Source of the DNA: an uncultured Gammaproteobacteria bacterium
GTDB lineage: Bacteria; Patescibacteriota; Patescibacteriia; UBA10025; JAHIVO01
Assembly: GCA_964415025.1 (NCBI GenBank)
Contig: CAYPXF010000002.1
Coordinates: 11,825-75,824 of the forward strand
DNA length: 64,000 nucleotides
Direction: 5' to 3'
The notes beneath the pieces are model-generated. The model was not told the origin of the DNA. It worked only from the letters and a program-made list of their open reading frames with translations, and searched no databases. The position numbers and the translations under genes are program-made. Below are positions 31,058 to 42,770 of this stretch, piece by piece; position 1 is the first letter of the stretch; the number at the start of each line of letters is the position of its first letter.

Positions 31058-31072
31058 AATTAATATAATATT

Positions 31073-31915
31073 TTATTTTTCCCCTTGCTTATCCTTTCGC
31101 ACCTGCCGTATCCGCTGCCAATGATACCAGAAAAGCGGCACACCGACAAGGAAAAAAGGCAGCGCAGCGGCGGCGTTCCGCTGGAGTGTATCTATGGTTT
31201 CTGTCCGAGCTTGTTGGCTTTGGTAGTCCTGCAACAGTGTCACGGTAGCGCTATCTAGAGCGCACGCATCAGCGCAATCCACTAGCTGTTCGGCCGTAGA
31301 CTGTGTGCCTGGCAGTGCCCGCGGCGAGGCTACCTTTTCAGTACGTTCGTATTCACCGGCGCTGGGAAATACCCACGCTTTCAGGCCTGTATTGACCAGC
31401 ACGCCCGCAGAAATTACGATCATCAGCAGAGCGGCAAATGAAATAAGGTAATAATATATTTGGTGGATAAGCAGCGTACTGTCATGCTTGCGATCTCGGC
31501 GGACCTCACGGAAATGGATTAAAAATATCGGCAGGGCAATAATGAAAAATGAAAACCCGCCGATGGCATCTTGCAACCGGTCAGCATTAGGGTCAATTTT
31601 TTGCTCCTGCCACTGGGAATACGATTCCTGCCACGTGGCGAGTTGCTGCCGCTGCGTATCAGTCAATGAACACTCCCCTGCTTCACAGCTGATTTCATCC
31701 GGAGCGCCTGTTGTTGGATTTTCCAAAAATAGCTCCGGCGAATAACCCGCGCGGCTCCAGCTGTATTCGGCTTCGGTAAATACCCAGGTGCGTAGCCCTA
31801 ATCCCAGCAAATAAATAAGCGAGCCAACGACAATACCTAGTGTAACCAATGAGGCTACGTAAAAATATATTTTTTTGACCGTAGTTTTTCGTGCGTTGCC
31901 GTCCTGCTGGTCCAT
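31073..31915 (-). CDS. Membrane protein with internal duplication (DUF5671-like)
   Basis: IYFYVASLVTL / IYYYLISFAAL and LPIFLIHF / VPLFWYHW repeated halves. Confidence 0.75.
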   Translation of the reverse strand: MDQQDGNARKTTVKKIYFYVASLVTLGIVVGSLIYLLGLGLRTWVFTEAEYSWSRAGYSPELFLENPTTGAPDEISCEAGECSLTDTQRQQLATWQESYSQWQEQKIDPNADRLQDAIGGFSFFIIALPIFLIHFREVRRDRKHDSTLLIHQIYYYLISFAALLMIVISAGVLVNTGLKAWVFPSAGEYERTEKVASPRALPGTQSTAEQLVDCADACALDSATVTLLQDYQSQQARTETIDTLQRNAAAALPFFLVGVPLFWYHWQRIRQVRKDKQGEK

Positions 31916-31919
31916 AGTG

Positions 31920-32348
31920 CTAACCCTCTACCTGAATGCCCATATTGCGGGCAGTCCCCTCGATAATTTTCATGGCACCCTCGATGTCGTTCGCGTTTAG
32001 GTCAGGCATTTTTTTCTCGGCAATTTCCTTTATCTGGGCCTTAGTCACCTTGCCCACCTTAGTTTTCAGCGGATCACCGGAGCCTTTCTTAATACCGGCG
32101 GCTTTTTTTAGCAATTCGGCAGCCGGCGGCGTTTTCAGCTTAAACGTATAACTGCGATCCTCAAAAATCGTCAGCTCCACGGGTATTACGTCTCCGCCCT
32201 TATCCTTAGTCTCGGCATTGAATTTAGTACAAAATTCCTGGATATTCAGGCCGTGCTGACCCAGTGCCGGACCGATGGGCGGTGCTGGCGTAGCCTTGCC
32301 CGCCTGGATCTGGAGTTTAACAACTGTTTTTACTTTTTTATTGGCCAT
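31920..32348 (-). CDS. rplK: 50S ribosomal protein L11
   Basis: [25 protein letters not shown]. Confidence 0.99.
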   Translation of the reverse strand: MANKKVKTVVKLQIQAGKATPAPPIGPALGQHGLNIQEFCTKFNAETKDKGGDVIPVELTIFEDRSYTFKLKTPPAAELLKKAAGIKKGSGDPLKTKVGKVTKAQIKEIAEKKMPDLNANDIEGAMKIIEGTARNMGIQVEG

Positions 32349-32388
32349 GGTGGTAACAAGTAATTAGTAATGGATAATGAAGATGATA

Positions 32389-32934
32389 TTAAATCTTCTT
32401 AATCTGCAAAAAGTCTAATTCAACTGGCGTTTCGCGACCAAACATGGAGACCAGCACTTTTACTTTGCCGCGGGCTTCATCAACTTCTGATACTTTACCC
32501 TCAAACTCTTTGAACGGCCCGTCAGTAATCTTAACCGGCGTACCGGCTGACACGTCAATCTTATACTTTGGCTCTTCCACGCCCATACGCTTCTGGATGG
32601 ACTTGACCTCTTCCTCGGAAATCGGGGTCGGTGTCGTGCCCGAACCGACAAAACCAGTCACATTCGGCGTATTACGCACCACGTACCAGGAATCGTCCGT
32701 GACAATCATTTCTACTAGCACGTAGCCGGGGAATATTTTCTCGGTCACGACGCGGCGTTTACCGTTCTTTATCTTAATTTTCTTTTCAGTCGGAATCAGA
32801 ACGCTGAAAATCTTATCCTGCATATCCATGGATTCAATACGCTGCCGTAAATTGCGGGATACATTTTCCTCATACCCAGAATAGGTATGAAGCACATACC
32901 AGCGTCGTCCTTGTTGTAATGTCTGTTTAGGCAT
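32389..32934 (-). CDS. nusG: Transcription factor NusG
   Basis: WYVLHTYSGYE, FPGYVLVEM, KOW, FGRETPVEL. Confidence 0.99.
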   Translation of the reverse strand: MPKQTLQQGRRWYVLHTYSGYEENVSRNLRQRIESMDMQDKIFSVLIPTEKKIKIKNGKRRVVTEKIFPGYVLVEMIVTDDSWYVVRNTPNVTGFVGSGTTPTPISEEEVKSIQKRMGVEEPKYKIDVSAGTPVKITDGPFKEFEGKVSEVDEARGKVKVLVSMFGRETPVELDFLQIKKI

Positions 32935-32961
32935 ACCCTAAAAAAATTCAATGTTATTTAT

Positions 32962-33150
32962 TTATCGGCTAATCACCTGTTCTAATACGATATTCAGATT
33001 AAAATCAATCGCCCCTAAAAATATTGCCGTGGCAATACTGATCCCAATTACCAGCAGGGTGTATTTAATGGTTTCCTGACGTGACGGCCACACTACCTTT
33101 TTCAGCTCGTCGCGTGATTCTTTGATGTAATTGATTATTTTTTTTAGCAT
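32962..33150 (-). CDS. secE: Preprotein translocase SecE
   Basis: ELKKVVWPSR; upstream of nusG. Confidence 0.95.
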   Translation of the reverse strand: MLKKIINYIKESRDELKKVVWPSRQETIKYTLLVIGISIATAIFLGAIDFNLNIVLEQVISR

Positions 33151-33588
33151 AGTAGTTCAGCAGTGATAAAGGGCCTAATAAGGCCAAAAAGCGGTACAAG
33201 TGAAAACCTTACTTTTTCACTTATTATGCCTTATAACGCTGATACCCCCATGAAAAAGTGGTATCTAAAAACCCCGTCCGCGGGGCTTCCATAGCTAACC
33301 CCAGCTTACTATAGGGATATTTTTTTGTCAAATAGTATTTTATGGGGAGGAGAAGGATTATAGGAGTTATAGGTTCAGAGAAAAAGGTCGAGAAAAAATA
33401 GACAAAAGAAATGAAAATATGAGGACAACCTCTTAGCTTGTTGACATTTAGCTCTTATAGCTTCGCTGGGGCCTTTATTAAATATCTAAATTATAGCTGG
33501 CTAGGCTCCTCAGCAAACTCGGGACGAGTCTATATATCCAAATCCTTCACAGACTTCGCCCTTCAGTTTTATCAGAACAAAATCATCT

Positions 33589-35739
<2,151 letters not shown>

Positions 35740-35830
35740 TTAATAGGTGTAAAGGTTGATACATGCCATAGTACTTTATGAACCGGTTAAACCCTTAGCC
35801 GATAATTCATGTAGCTCCCAGTAACCTGTA

Positions 35831-36811
35831 TTATTGAAGGAACGAGTACATGATAAAAGCAAAGTACCCAAGGAGCATGAATAAACCGATAAGACGGTAT
35901 GTTTTGACGTTTTCTTTCAGTACTGGGAAGACGGATACGGTAAAGAGGAACACGATCGGCAAGCTGACATATATATCTCGTGCCGAAACAGAAATCGGCA
36001 GAATCACCGCCGCCACCCCGAGGATGAGCAAGGTGTTGAAAATATTACTGCCCAGGATCATGCCCACGTTGATCTGGTCTTCTTTCTTCAGCGCGGCAAC
36101 CACTGAGGTAATCAATTCAGGCAATGAAGTACCGAGTGCTACCATAGACAGGCCAATAACCATTTGGCTGACACCGACCGATTCAGCAACAGATACCGCG
36201 CTGTCGACTAACAGCTTGGAGCCGGCTAATAAAATAGCCAAACCAAATACGGCCATAGCGATATTGCGGAACATTTCCCGGCGGCGTGTGCGCTTATGTT
36301 CGATCATGTCCTCAATTTTTTCCTCAATCTCTTCCAGCTCATGCTTGAGTTTGCCCATCATCTTGCGCCGGACAGTGGCAATATTGTAATAGATAAACAC
36401 GGTAAAGAGCAAGAGCAAAACAATCCCGTCAATGCGTCCGATAGTCCCGTCCAGACTTAAGGCAAACAGCAATCCAGTCACTACTATTAAAAATGGAAAT
36501 TCTCGTCGCACTGCTTTTTCCTCTGACTTGGGCGGCCAGATCAGCACAACTAAGCCTAAGATAAGGCCGATGTTAGCTATATTACTGCCAATGACATTAC
36601 CAATAGCGATGTCGCTGTTGCCCTGGGTCGAAGCGACTGTACTGACCAGCAGCTCTGGCGCGCTGGTGCCAAAGGCAACGACCGTCATACCGATAATTAG
36701 CGGCGAAATTCCCGCGTTTTTGGCCAGCCATGAGCTGTTTTTTACCATGGTTTCCGCGCCCCAGTACAATAAGGCAATACCGACTAAAAATAATATAATG
36801 TCGAGCAGCAT
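35831..36811 (-). CDS. Calcium/sodium antiporter (YrbG family)
   Basis: Two alpha repeats GTSAPEL / GTSLPEL, GSNI. Confidence 0.93.
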   Translation of the reverse strand: MLLDIILFLVGIALLYWGAETMVKNSSWLAKNAGISPLIIGMTVVAFGTSAPELLVSTVASTQGNSDIAIGNVIGSNIANIGLILGLVVLIWPPKSEEKAVRREFPFLIVVTGLLFALSLDGTIGRIDGIVLLLLFTVFIYYNIATVRRKMMGKLKHELEEIEEKIEDMIEHKRTRRREMFRNIAMAVFGLAILLAGSKLLVDSAVSVAESVGVSQMVIGLSMVALGTSLPELITSVVAALKKEDQINVGMILGSNIFNTLLILGVAAVILPISVSARDIYVSLPIVFLFTVSVFPVLKENVKTYRLIGLFMLLGYFAFIMYSFLQ

Positions 36812-36812
36812 A

Positions 36813-39161
36813 TTATTGCTTTAGCTTCATGTTAAATTTTTTTTCTAAGGCACTAATGACTTTGTGCCGCACCGCTTCAATTTCATCTGAAGTTAGTGTG
36901 TGGTCTGGTGATTGTAATGTCAATCGAAAGGTAGCGCTATGCTCTTTTTCTGATGGTTTTTTGTATAGCTGGCCAATAGCACGAAAATCAGAAATTATTT
37001 TGGTGTCCAGATCCTTAACTATTTTTACTATTTTTTCATAAGACGCGTCCGAAGGAGTAAAAAAAGTTAAATCCTGTAGCGCAACTGGATACCGTGATAA
37101 TCTGGTATAAACTCTTCGTTCGTTGGCAAAAGAGAGCAGTATCTGCATATTAAGCTGAAAAAATGCTTTGGGATTGCCAGTTTTACCACTTTGCGTATTA
37201 TCTTCGGGGATTATTCCACAAATACCAATCTCATTATTGTTAACACTAATCACGAATCTATTATTATCTCCCTTTATGTACTGCGCATCCTGGATAGTAA
37301 TCTGCAATTGCTGCACTAATTTCTGAATAATGCTTTTGACTTCTTGAAAACACTGGAATCTACTTCTTGTTTTATCATAAACTGTACCAGCAACAAGTAA
37401 TTGTTCATCAGGCATGCTTTGTTTATTGTAATATACGTTCCCTACTTCATATATTTTAATCACTTCTCTTTCCTGGTATTGTTCCTTGTTCCTCATAAAT
37501 AGTTGGGGCAATAAACTTACTCGTAAATACTTCTGCTCTGGATTAATTGGATTCTCAATTTCGTAATGACAAGCATCCGGCATATAGCTTCGTAATGCTT
37601 CGCTGTAAAACGAATAATTCAGCACCTCGGTCATGCCGCAGGCCATGAGGATGCGCTTGATTTTCCTTGTCCAATAAATGTGTTCAGGAATATGGGGCGG
37701 CCTAATAGCACCGATAATAGGTTCGGGCTTAATTTTGTTCCAGCCATGGATACGTCCTACCTCCTCTACCAAATCGGCCGGGATGGTCACGTCCGGACGA
37801 AACGCGGGCACGACCACGCGTAGCTGTTTGCCGGATGAGGAAATCTTGAAATATAATTTTTCTAAATACTTCTTTATCTGGCCGGCGGTAAAGGCATGGC
37901 CGATCAGACCGGAAATATACTCGGCAGTCGTAAAAATTATTGTCGGCTTTGTTTTTTTCTGCTTGGCGACAGTAATCACGCCCTTGGCGACCTGCCCGTC
38001 AGCCAGCTCGGCCATGAGCTGGGCCGCGCGGTCAGCTGCCTGCTCGGCCAATCCAGGCCACAGCCCTTTTTCAAAACGGGTTGACGCTTCGGTCACTATG
38101 CCCATCGACTGCCTGGTTTTGCGGATGGACACCGGCTTGAACAGCGCTGATTCAATCAGTACATCATTAGTCGAGGTCAGTATTTCAGAGTTTTTACCGC
38201 CGATCACTCCGGCAACAGCAATCGGCTGTTTATCATCAGCAATCACCAGCATATCCGGTTGTAGCTGTCTGGCCTCATCATCGAGGGTTATTAAGTGCTT
38301 GTCATTGCCGGCACGGCGCACCACAACTTTTCTGTTATTGACACGGTCCAGGTCAAACGCATGCAGCGGCTGGCCGTACTCCAGCATCACGTAGTTAGCC
38401 ACGTCGACAATATTATTAATCGGTTTGAGCCCGGCCGCTCGCAGGACCCCCTGCAGCCACAGCGGAGATTGACGGACATCCACACTCTTTACCACCCGGG
38501 CAGTATAGTGCGGGCACAGCTCTGGATCAGCTACCTGGATGCTGACTTCCTTATCCGCGGTAAACATTGAGCTTTGTTTAACGCTAACCTTAGGATAGGT
38601 AATGTTCCGGCCGGTCAAGGCGGCGTATTCCCTGGCTAAACCGAGTATAGAAAACCCGTCCGGCCTGTTCGGCGATACGCTAATATCCAGCACCGTATCA
38701 TTGATCTTAAGCGCCTGCGGTAACGGCTGTCCCGGCGCAGCTTCAGCCGGCAGCACCATGATGCCGCTGTGGTCGCGGCCCAGCTCGAGCTCATCTTCAG
38801 CGCACAGCATACCCTCTGACGCCGCGCCGCGGATGTCACGCTTTTCTATTTTGAGACCGTTTGGCAAAGTGACGCCAACGCGTGCTACCGGCACCTTATG
38901 GCCCGGTTTAATATTTTTGGCGCCGCAGACTATAGATAATCTGCGGCTCGTGCCTATGTCTACTGAACAGACAGTCAGTTTATCAGCATTGGGATGGCTG
39001 TCGATTGCCTGGACCTGGCCGACGATGATATCCTCCAGTTCCTTTCCCAGCGGTATGACCTGTTCTACCTCAAATCCAGTCAGCGTAAAAATTTCCGCGA
39101 CCTTGTCCGGTTTTTCTTTTACCTCGACGTATTGTTGTAGCCAGTTTAATGAAAGATGCAT
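36813..39161 (-). CDS. pheT: Phenylalanine--tRNA ligase beta subunit
   Basis: HPNADKL, IVCGAKN, PNRPD, GQPLHAFD, DLVEEVGRIHG, FDX-ACB C-terminus. Confidence 0.96.
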   Translation of the reverse strand: MHLSLNWLQQYVEVKEKPDKVAEIFTLTGFEVEQVIPLGKELEDIIVGQVQAIDSHPNADKLTVCSVDIGTSRRLSIVCGAKNIKPGHKVPVARVGVTLPNGLKIEKRDIRGAASEGMLCAEDELELGRDHSGIMVLPAEAAPGQPLPQALKINDTVLDISVSPNRPDGFSILGLAREYAALTGRNITYPKVSVKQSSMFTADKEVSIQVADPELCPHYTARVVKSVDVRQSPLWLQGVLRAAGLKPINNIVDVANYVMLEYGQPLHAFDLDRVNNRKVVVRRAGNDKHLITLDDEARQLQPDMLVIADDKQPIAVAGVIGGKNSEILTSTNDVLIESALFKPVSIRKTRQSMGIVTEASTRFEKGLWPGLAEQAADRAAQLMAELADGQVAKGVITVAKQKKTKPTIIFTTAEYISGLIGHAFTAGQIKKYLEKLYFKISSSGKQLRVVVPAFRPDVTIPADLVEEVGRIHGWNKIKPEPIIGAIRPPHIPEHIYWTRKIKRILMACGMTEVLNYSFYSEALRSYMPDACHYEIENPINPEQKYLRVSLLPQLFMRNKEQYQEREVIKIYEVGNVYYNKQSMPDEQLLVAGTVYDKTRSRFQCFQEVKSIIQKLVQQLQITIQDAQYIKGDNNRFVISVNNNEIGICGIIPEDNTQSGKTGNPKAFFQLNMQILLSFANERRVYTRLSRYPVALQDLTFFTPSDASYEKIVKIVKDLDTKIISDFRAIGQLYKKPSEKEHSATFRLTLQSPDHTLTSDEIEAVRHKVISALEKKFNMKLKQ

Positions 39162-39199
39162 AGTGGCTTATTATTCTCTGTCAGAATATAAATGTATAA

Positions 39200-39300
39200 G
39201 TCATTCAGAGCGAAACGCAGTGAAGCGAAGAATCTTTATGACCTATGGCTATACTGCATAAAGATTCTTCACCCTCATTACCATTTGGGCTCTGAATGAC
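39200..39300. repeat. REP/MITE-like palindromic element
   Basis: GTCATTCAGAGC...GAAGAATCTTTATG / CATAAAGATTCTTC...GCTCTGAATGAC. Confidence 0.8.
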
Positions 39301-39312
39301 AGAGAATTATTT

Positions 39313-40323
39313 CTAAAACTGCTCTAGGAAACGTAAATCACCGCTATACGACAAGCGGATATCATCAATCCCGTGGTACAGCATCATCAGCCGGTCTATG
39401 CCCAATCCAAAAGCAAAGCCTGAATATTTATGTGCGTCTACTCCCATGTTCTTCAATACTGCGGGATGCACCATACCGCTGCCCAGCATTTCCAGCCAGC
39501 CGCGCTGTTTGCATACCGAACACCCCCTGCCCCCGCAAATCAAACACTGCATATCGATGTCCATGCCCGGCTCGACAAATGGATACAGTTCTGGCCGCAC
39601 CCTTGTCTTCACTTTATCGCCGTATATAGCCTTAAGAAAAGAATCAAGCGTATAAATCAAATTACTGACCGTAATCCCCTTATCAATCACTAAACCTTCG
39701 CATTGGTAAAAATTCGTCTCATGTCCGGCATCGGTCGCTTCATTGCGGAATACCCGGCCTGGTGCGATTAACCTGACCGGTGGCTTTTTGTCCGCCATGG
39801 CCCGCAGCTGTACCGGTGAGGTATGCGTGCGCATGAGCAACCCGCCCTCCACATAAAACGTATCCCAGGCGTCCCGAGCTGGGTGGTCTTTGGGAATGTT
39901 TAGTAAATCAAAATTATACTCCGGAGTTTCTACTTCTGGGCCATCTACTATCCCAAACCCCATAGACATGAATATATCCTCGACCCGCTCCATAAACTGG
40001 GTAATCGGATGCAAATGGCCGATATCTGCCGGATCGCCAGGCCAGGTCATCTCCAGCGGTGAAATAGCAGGCGCCTTGTCCGTGTCTAATTGCTGTTTTT
40101 TCTCGGCTACAGCCTGGGTAACAGCCTGCTTGACCCTATTAGCCAGCTGGCCCATGGCCGGTTTATCCTTAGGCGGAGCGTCCTTGAGCAGTTTCATGAA
40201 CTTAGCCAGTAGGCCCTTACGTCCCAAATACTTAGTTTCCAGCTTTGCCAAATCAGCCGCACTATCTGCGGCCTGAATTTGTGCTAATGCCTGTTGTCTA
40301 ACTGTTTGTAATTCCTGTTTCAT
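39313..40323 (-). CDS. pheS: Phenylalanine--tRNA ligase alpha subunit
   Basis: GHLHP, HPARD, RTHTSPVQ, GFAFGLGIDR. Confidence 0.98.
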   Translation of the reverse strand: MKQELQTVRQQALAQIQAADSAADLAKLETKYLGRKGLLAKFMKLLKDAPPKDKPAMGQLANRVKQAVTQAVAEKKQQLDTDKAPAISPLEMTWPGDPADIGHLHPITQFMERVEDIFMSMGFGIVDGPEVETPEYNFDLLNIPKDHPARDAWDTFYVEGGLLMRTHTSPVQLRAMADKKPPVRLIAPGRVFRNEATDAGHETNFYQCEGLVIDKGITVSNLIYTLDSFLKAIYGDKVKTRVRPELYPFVEPGMDIDMQCLICGGRGCSVCKQRGWLEMLGSGMVHPAVLKNMGVDAHKYSGFAFGLGIDRLMMLYHGIDDIRLSYSGDLRFLEQF

Positions 40324-40330
40324 AACATAC

Positions 40331-40717
40331 TTATGCCCGACTGACTACTTTGCGTGAGATAAAGAAAAATTCTATAAGCGCAAGTAATGCGACAACCAGT
40401 AAAATGCTCCACCACCGTAAATAGCCACTCCCCTGCATCATGAGTAAACTGATAATAAGTATAGAAAACAACAATGCCTGCCGTGTCGACACTCTCAAAT
40501 GCCGGAAAATAACCTGCTCCCGGGAAAACCACACGCGCATGAAAAATCCGATCAAAGAAAATGTGCCAACCAGGGCAAACATCAGCGCTAGGTAAAATAA
40601 GGCAAATCCAATAAAACCGGCTTCCTCCGGGTTGAGATAAAAGAGTACAATGAGCCATGCCAGCCAGCTGACAAAGGTCGCTGCGGTCATGAATATGAGG
40701 TACTGTTTGAGTGACAT
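40331..40717 (-). CDS. Four-TM hypothetical membrane protein
   Basis: YLNPE, LFYLAL, RQALL, ALIEFFF. Confidence 0.8.
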   Translation of the reverse strand: MSLKQYLIFMTAATFVSWLAWLIVLFYLNPEEAGFIGFALFYLALMFALVGTFSLIGFFMRVWFSREQVIFRHLRVSTRQALLFSILIISLLMMQGSGYLRWWSILLVVALLALIEFFFISRKVVSRA

Positions 40718-40844
40718 TTTCTGGTAGTTTATTAAAAAAAGGCCGTCTCAACCTACCTCAAATATAACACAAATTACCCTCTGTGGCAAGCAATGGCAGT
40801 GTATTATTTTATTGCTAGTTTTAGCCTAAAAAATGGCCTAAATT

Positions 40845-41138
40845 TTACACTAAAAACCGCAACCGCTCAACCTTGTTTTTACCAGCAGTTTTATCTAATT
40901 TTTCGAGTATTTCCTGCTCATGCAGTTTTATTTCCTGGCCCATGGCCGAGCTCATTACCGCGATGGACAGTGTCTTATTTTTTATGTACATGGCCTTGGC
41001 CCGGCCTTCGGCTTTATCTCCGATAACATCTTTTAGAATTTTATTAAATGCGTCACACACCACCGCCGCCCCGACCTGGTCCCCGATCCCTGCTTTATTG
41101 ACTGATTGTTGTATTAGATTTCCTATTGATTCGGTCAT
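40845..41138 (-). CDS. DUF721/DciA family protein
   Basis: IKNKTLSIAVMSSAMGQEIKLHEQEILEKL. Confidence 0.75.
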   Translation of the reverse strand: MTESIGNLIQQSVNKAGIGDQVGAAVVCDAFNKILKDVIGDKAEGRAKAMYIKNKTLSIAVMSSAMGQEIKLHEQEILEKLDKTAGKNKVERLRFLV

Positions 41139-41146
41139 AGAATAGA

Positions 41147-41488
41147 CTAATTAATGTATCTACCACTTAGGTAGCCCTTTATGCGCCCTCTATCTTCATT
41201 CGCTTTATTCCCCTTAAAATAAATTTCAATAAAAGTAACTTTATTGCTTTGTGTATGATACGCGTAGATTATCCTAAGGGAATTTCCCTTCAAATATTTG
41301 CAAAAAAAACGTGCTTTAATAATAGCACAGGTGTCATTTTTTGTGATGGTATTGAAATGTTTAGTGTTTCCGAGAGGAACTACCGTAATAACACGTTTGA
41401 ATACTTCTAAATCATCAGGTAGTGATTTATACTTCTTGCCCAGTTTTCTAAACTCCTTTCTGAATTCAGAAAGCTCATCAAAGTACAT
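41147..41488 (-). CDS. RelE-like toxin
   Basis: EFRKEFRKLGKKYKSLPDDL, LRIIYAY, FIEIYFK; overlaps the antitoxin stop. Confidence 0.7.
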   Translation of the reverse strand: MYFDELSEFRKEFRKLGKKYKSLPDDLEVFKRVITVVPLGNTKHFNTITKNDTCAIIKARFFCKYLKGNSLRIIYAYHTQSNKVTFIEIYFKGNKANEDRGRIKGYLSGRYIN

Positions 41489-42254
41489 CTTCGTAATTTC
41501 TTACGGAGTACTGCTCGTCCCGATAAAATACACTCTCGTAAGAAAGTGGTTTTCCCTCGTTCGCCGACCTCCAGGGAATATCATTATGAGAATATTTCTC
41601 TATTTCATTCGCATTTTTGTCTGAAAGACGAGCAAGAACATCATCAATATGTTCAATTTCCCGTGCTGAAAGAATATTCAAGTCAGGCCTTTTAAGAGGT
41701 AAGTACTTCTTTTGTTTATATTTAAAATATTCACTTTTAATTGATTCTAGTTCCTCATTTTTTTCCATATCTTTGATGATCGAAGCAAGTTCCACTGAAG
41801 TAGGGCCATGATGATTTTTGATATATACTCCTCCCATTAAACTCTCTTCAAACTTTTCATAATAATCAAAATCAATAAAATACAATAATTTATGCAATAC
41901 TGTTTCCCCCACATTTGGTTTACTACCAACTTTGTTTAAAACATACAGGAGAACCTGTTTAAACTTATTAAGGTCCTTTTTTGTTATTCGAATCTGCATA
42001 TTATTGCTCCTGAAAAGACTCTCCTTCTCGGTTTCTGGAATGATAACTTTGTAATCAGATTCGGTTTCTTTAAGGATATTTTCAAGTGAAACATTAAAAA
42101 TACCAGCAAGCTTCCTTGCTTGTGATATTGTTAAATCCCTTTCGTCACCTTCTATTTGTAAATAAGTGGGACGAGAAATCCCCAGTTTATTTGCCAAATA
42201 TTTCTGGGTAAAACCATGTTTTTTACGCAGTGTGCGTATAAATTCACCAATCAT
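41478..42254 (-). CDS. XRE-HTH plus DUF4065 (Panacea/SocA-like) antitoxin
   Basis: TQKYLANKLGISRPTYLQIE; LHKLLYFIDF, HGP, YSHNDIPW. Confidence 0.85.
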   Translation of the reverse strand: MIGEFIRTLRKKHGFTQKYLANKLGISRPTYLQIEGDERDLTISQARKLAGIFNVSLENILKETESDYKVIIPETEKESLFRSNNMQIRITKKDLNKFKQVLLYVLNKVGSKPNVGETVLHKLLYFIDFDYYEKFEESLMGGVYIKNHHGPTSVELASIIKDMEKNEELESIKSEYFKYKQKKYLPLKRPDLNILSAREIEHIDDVLARLSDKNANEIEKYSHNDIPWRSANEGKPLSYESVFYRDEQYSVRNYEDVL

Positions 42255-42324
42255 AAGTTATCCACATTGTATCATATGTAAAATATGTTGTCAATATTAT
42301 TGTAAATATATTTGACATACATCA

Positions 42325-42525
42325 ATCTTCTACATAACCGAGACCGAGGAAACGATCGGCACGTCCCACACGCTAGAACAGTGGCAGTCTTTCTCTGATT
42401 ATACTTCTTCAGTGAATGGTAGATTTAATGTAGTAGTCCCGGGTACATGCCTTAAGGACGCTAAGAAATTTGCCATAGACAATAGAATCAATGTTGACCA
42501 TTGGTACTATAATCCGAGTTACTAA
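42325..42525 (+). pseudogene. 5'-truncated gene fragment
   Basis: Startless open frame IFYITETEETIGTSHTLEQWQSF...FNVVVP...; terminator AAAACAGGGA/TCCCTGTTTT follows. Confidence 0.5.
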
Positions 42526-42587
42526 ATGTAAGGAATTATAAAAGCAAAAACAGGGAGCACGTCCCTGTTTTATGATGCATTGTTAGA

Positions 42588-42686
42588 TTATTGCCACCTA
42601 AAATCAAACCAGTTACCCAGTACACTAATACAATACGTTGGACACGGCGGGCAGGACTCCCTTTCTGGGCAAGTGGTACAGATTCC
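42588..42686 (-). pseudogene. 3' fragment of a Cys-rich protein
   Basis: Startless GICTTCPERESCPPCPTYCISVLGNWFDFRWQ*. Confidence 0.4.
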
Positions 42687-42770
42687 TAATCAATGTCTAA
42701 TTTGAGAATTAATTAATTGAACATTGATCATTGTTTGGCTATTGGTAATTAAATATTGGTAATTACCTCG

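Noticed and set aside
33430-33585. Possible four-helix-bundle gene relic (frameshifted KDLGYI) between gyrB and secE
   Set aside because: Only one short motif that needs a frameshift; not supportable without a search
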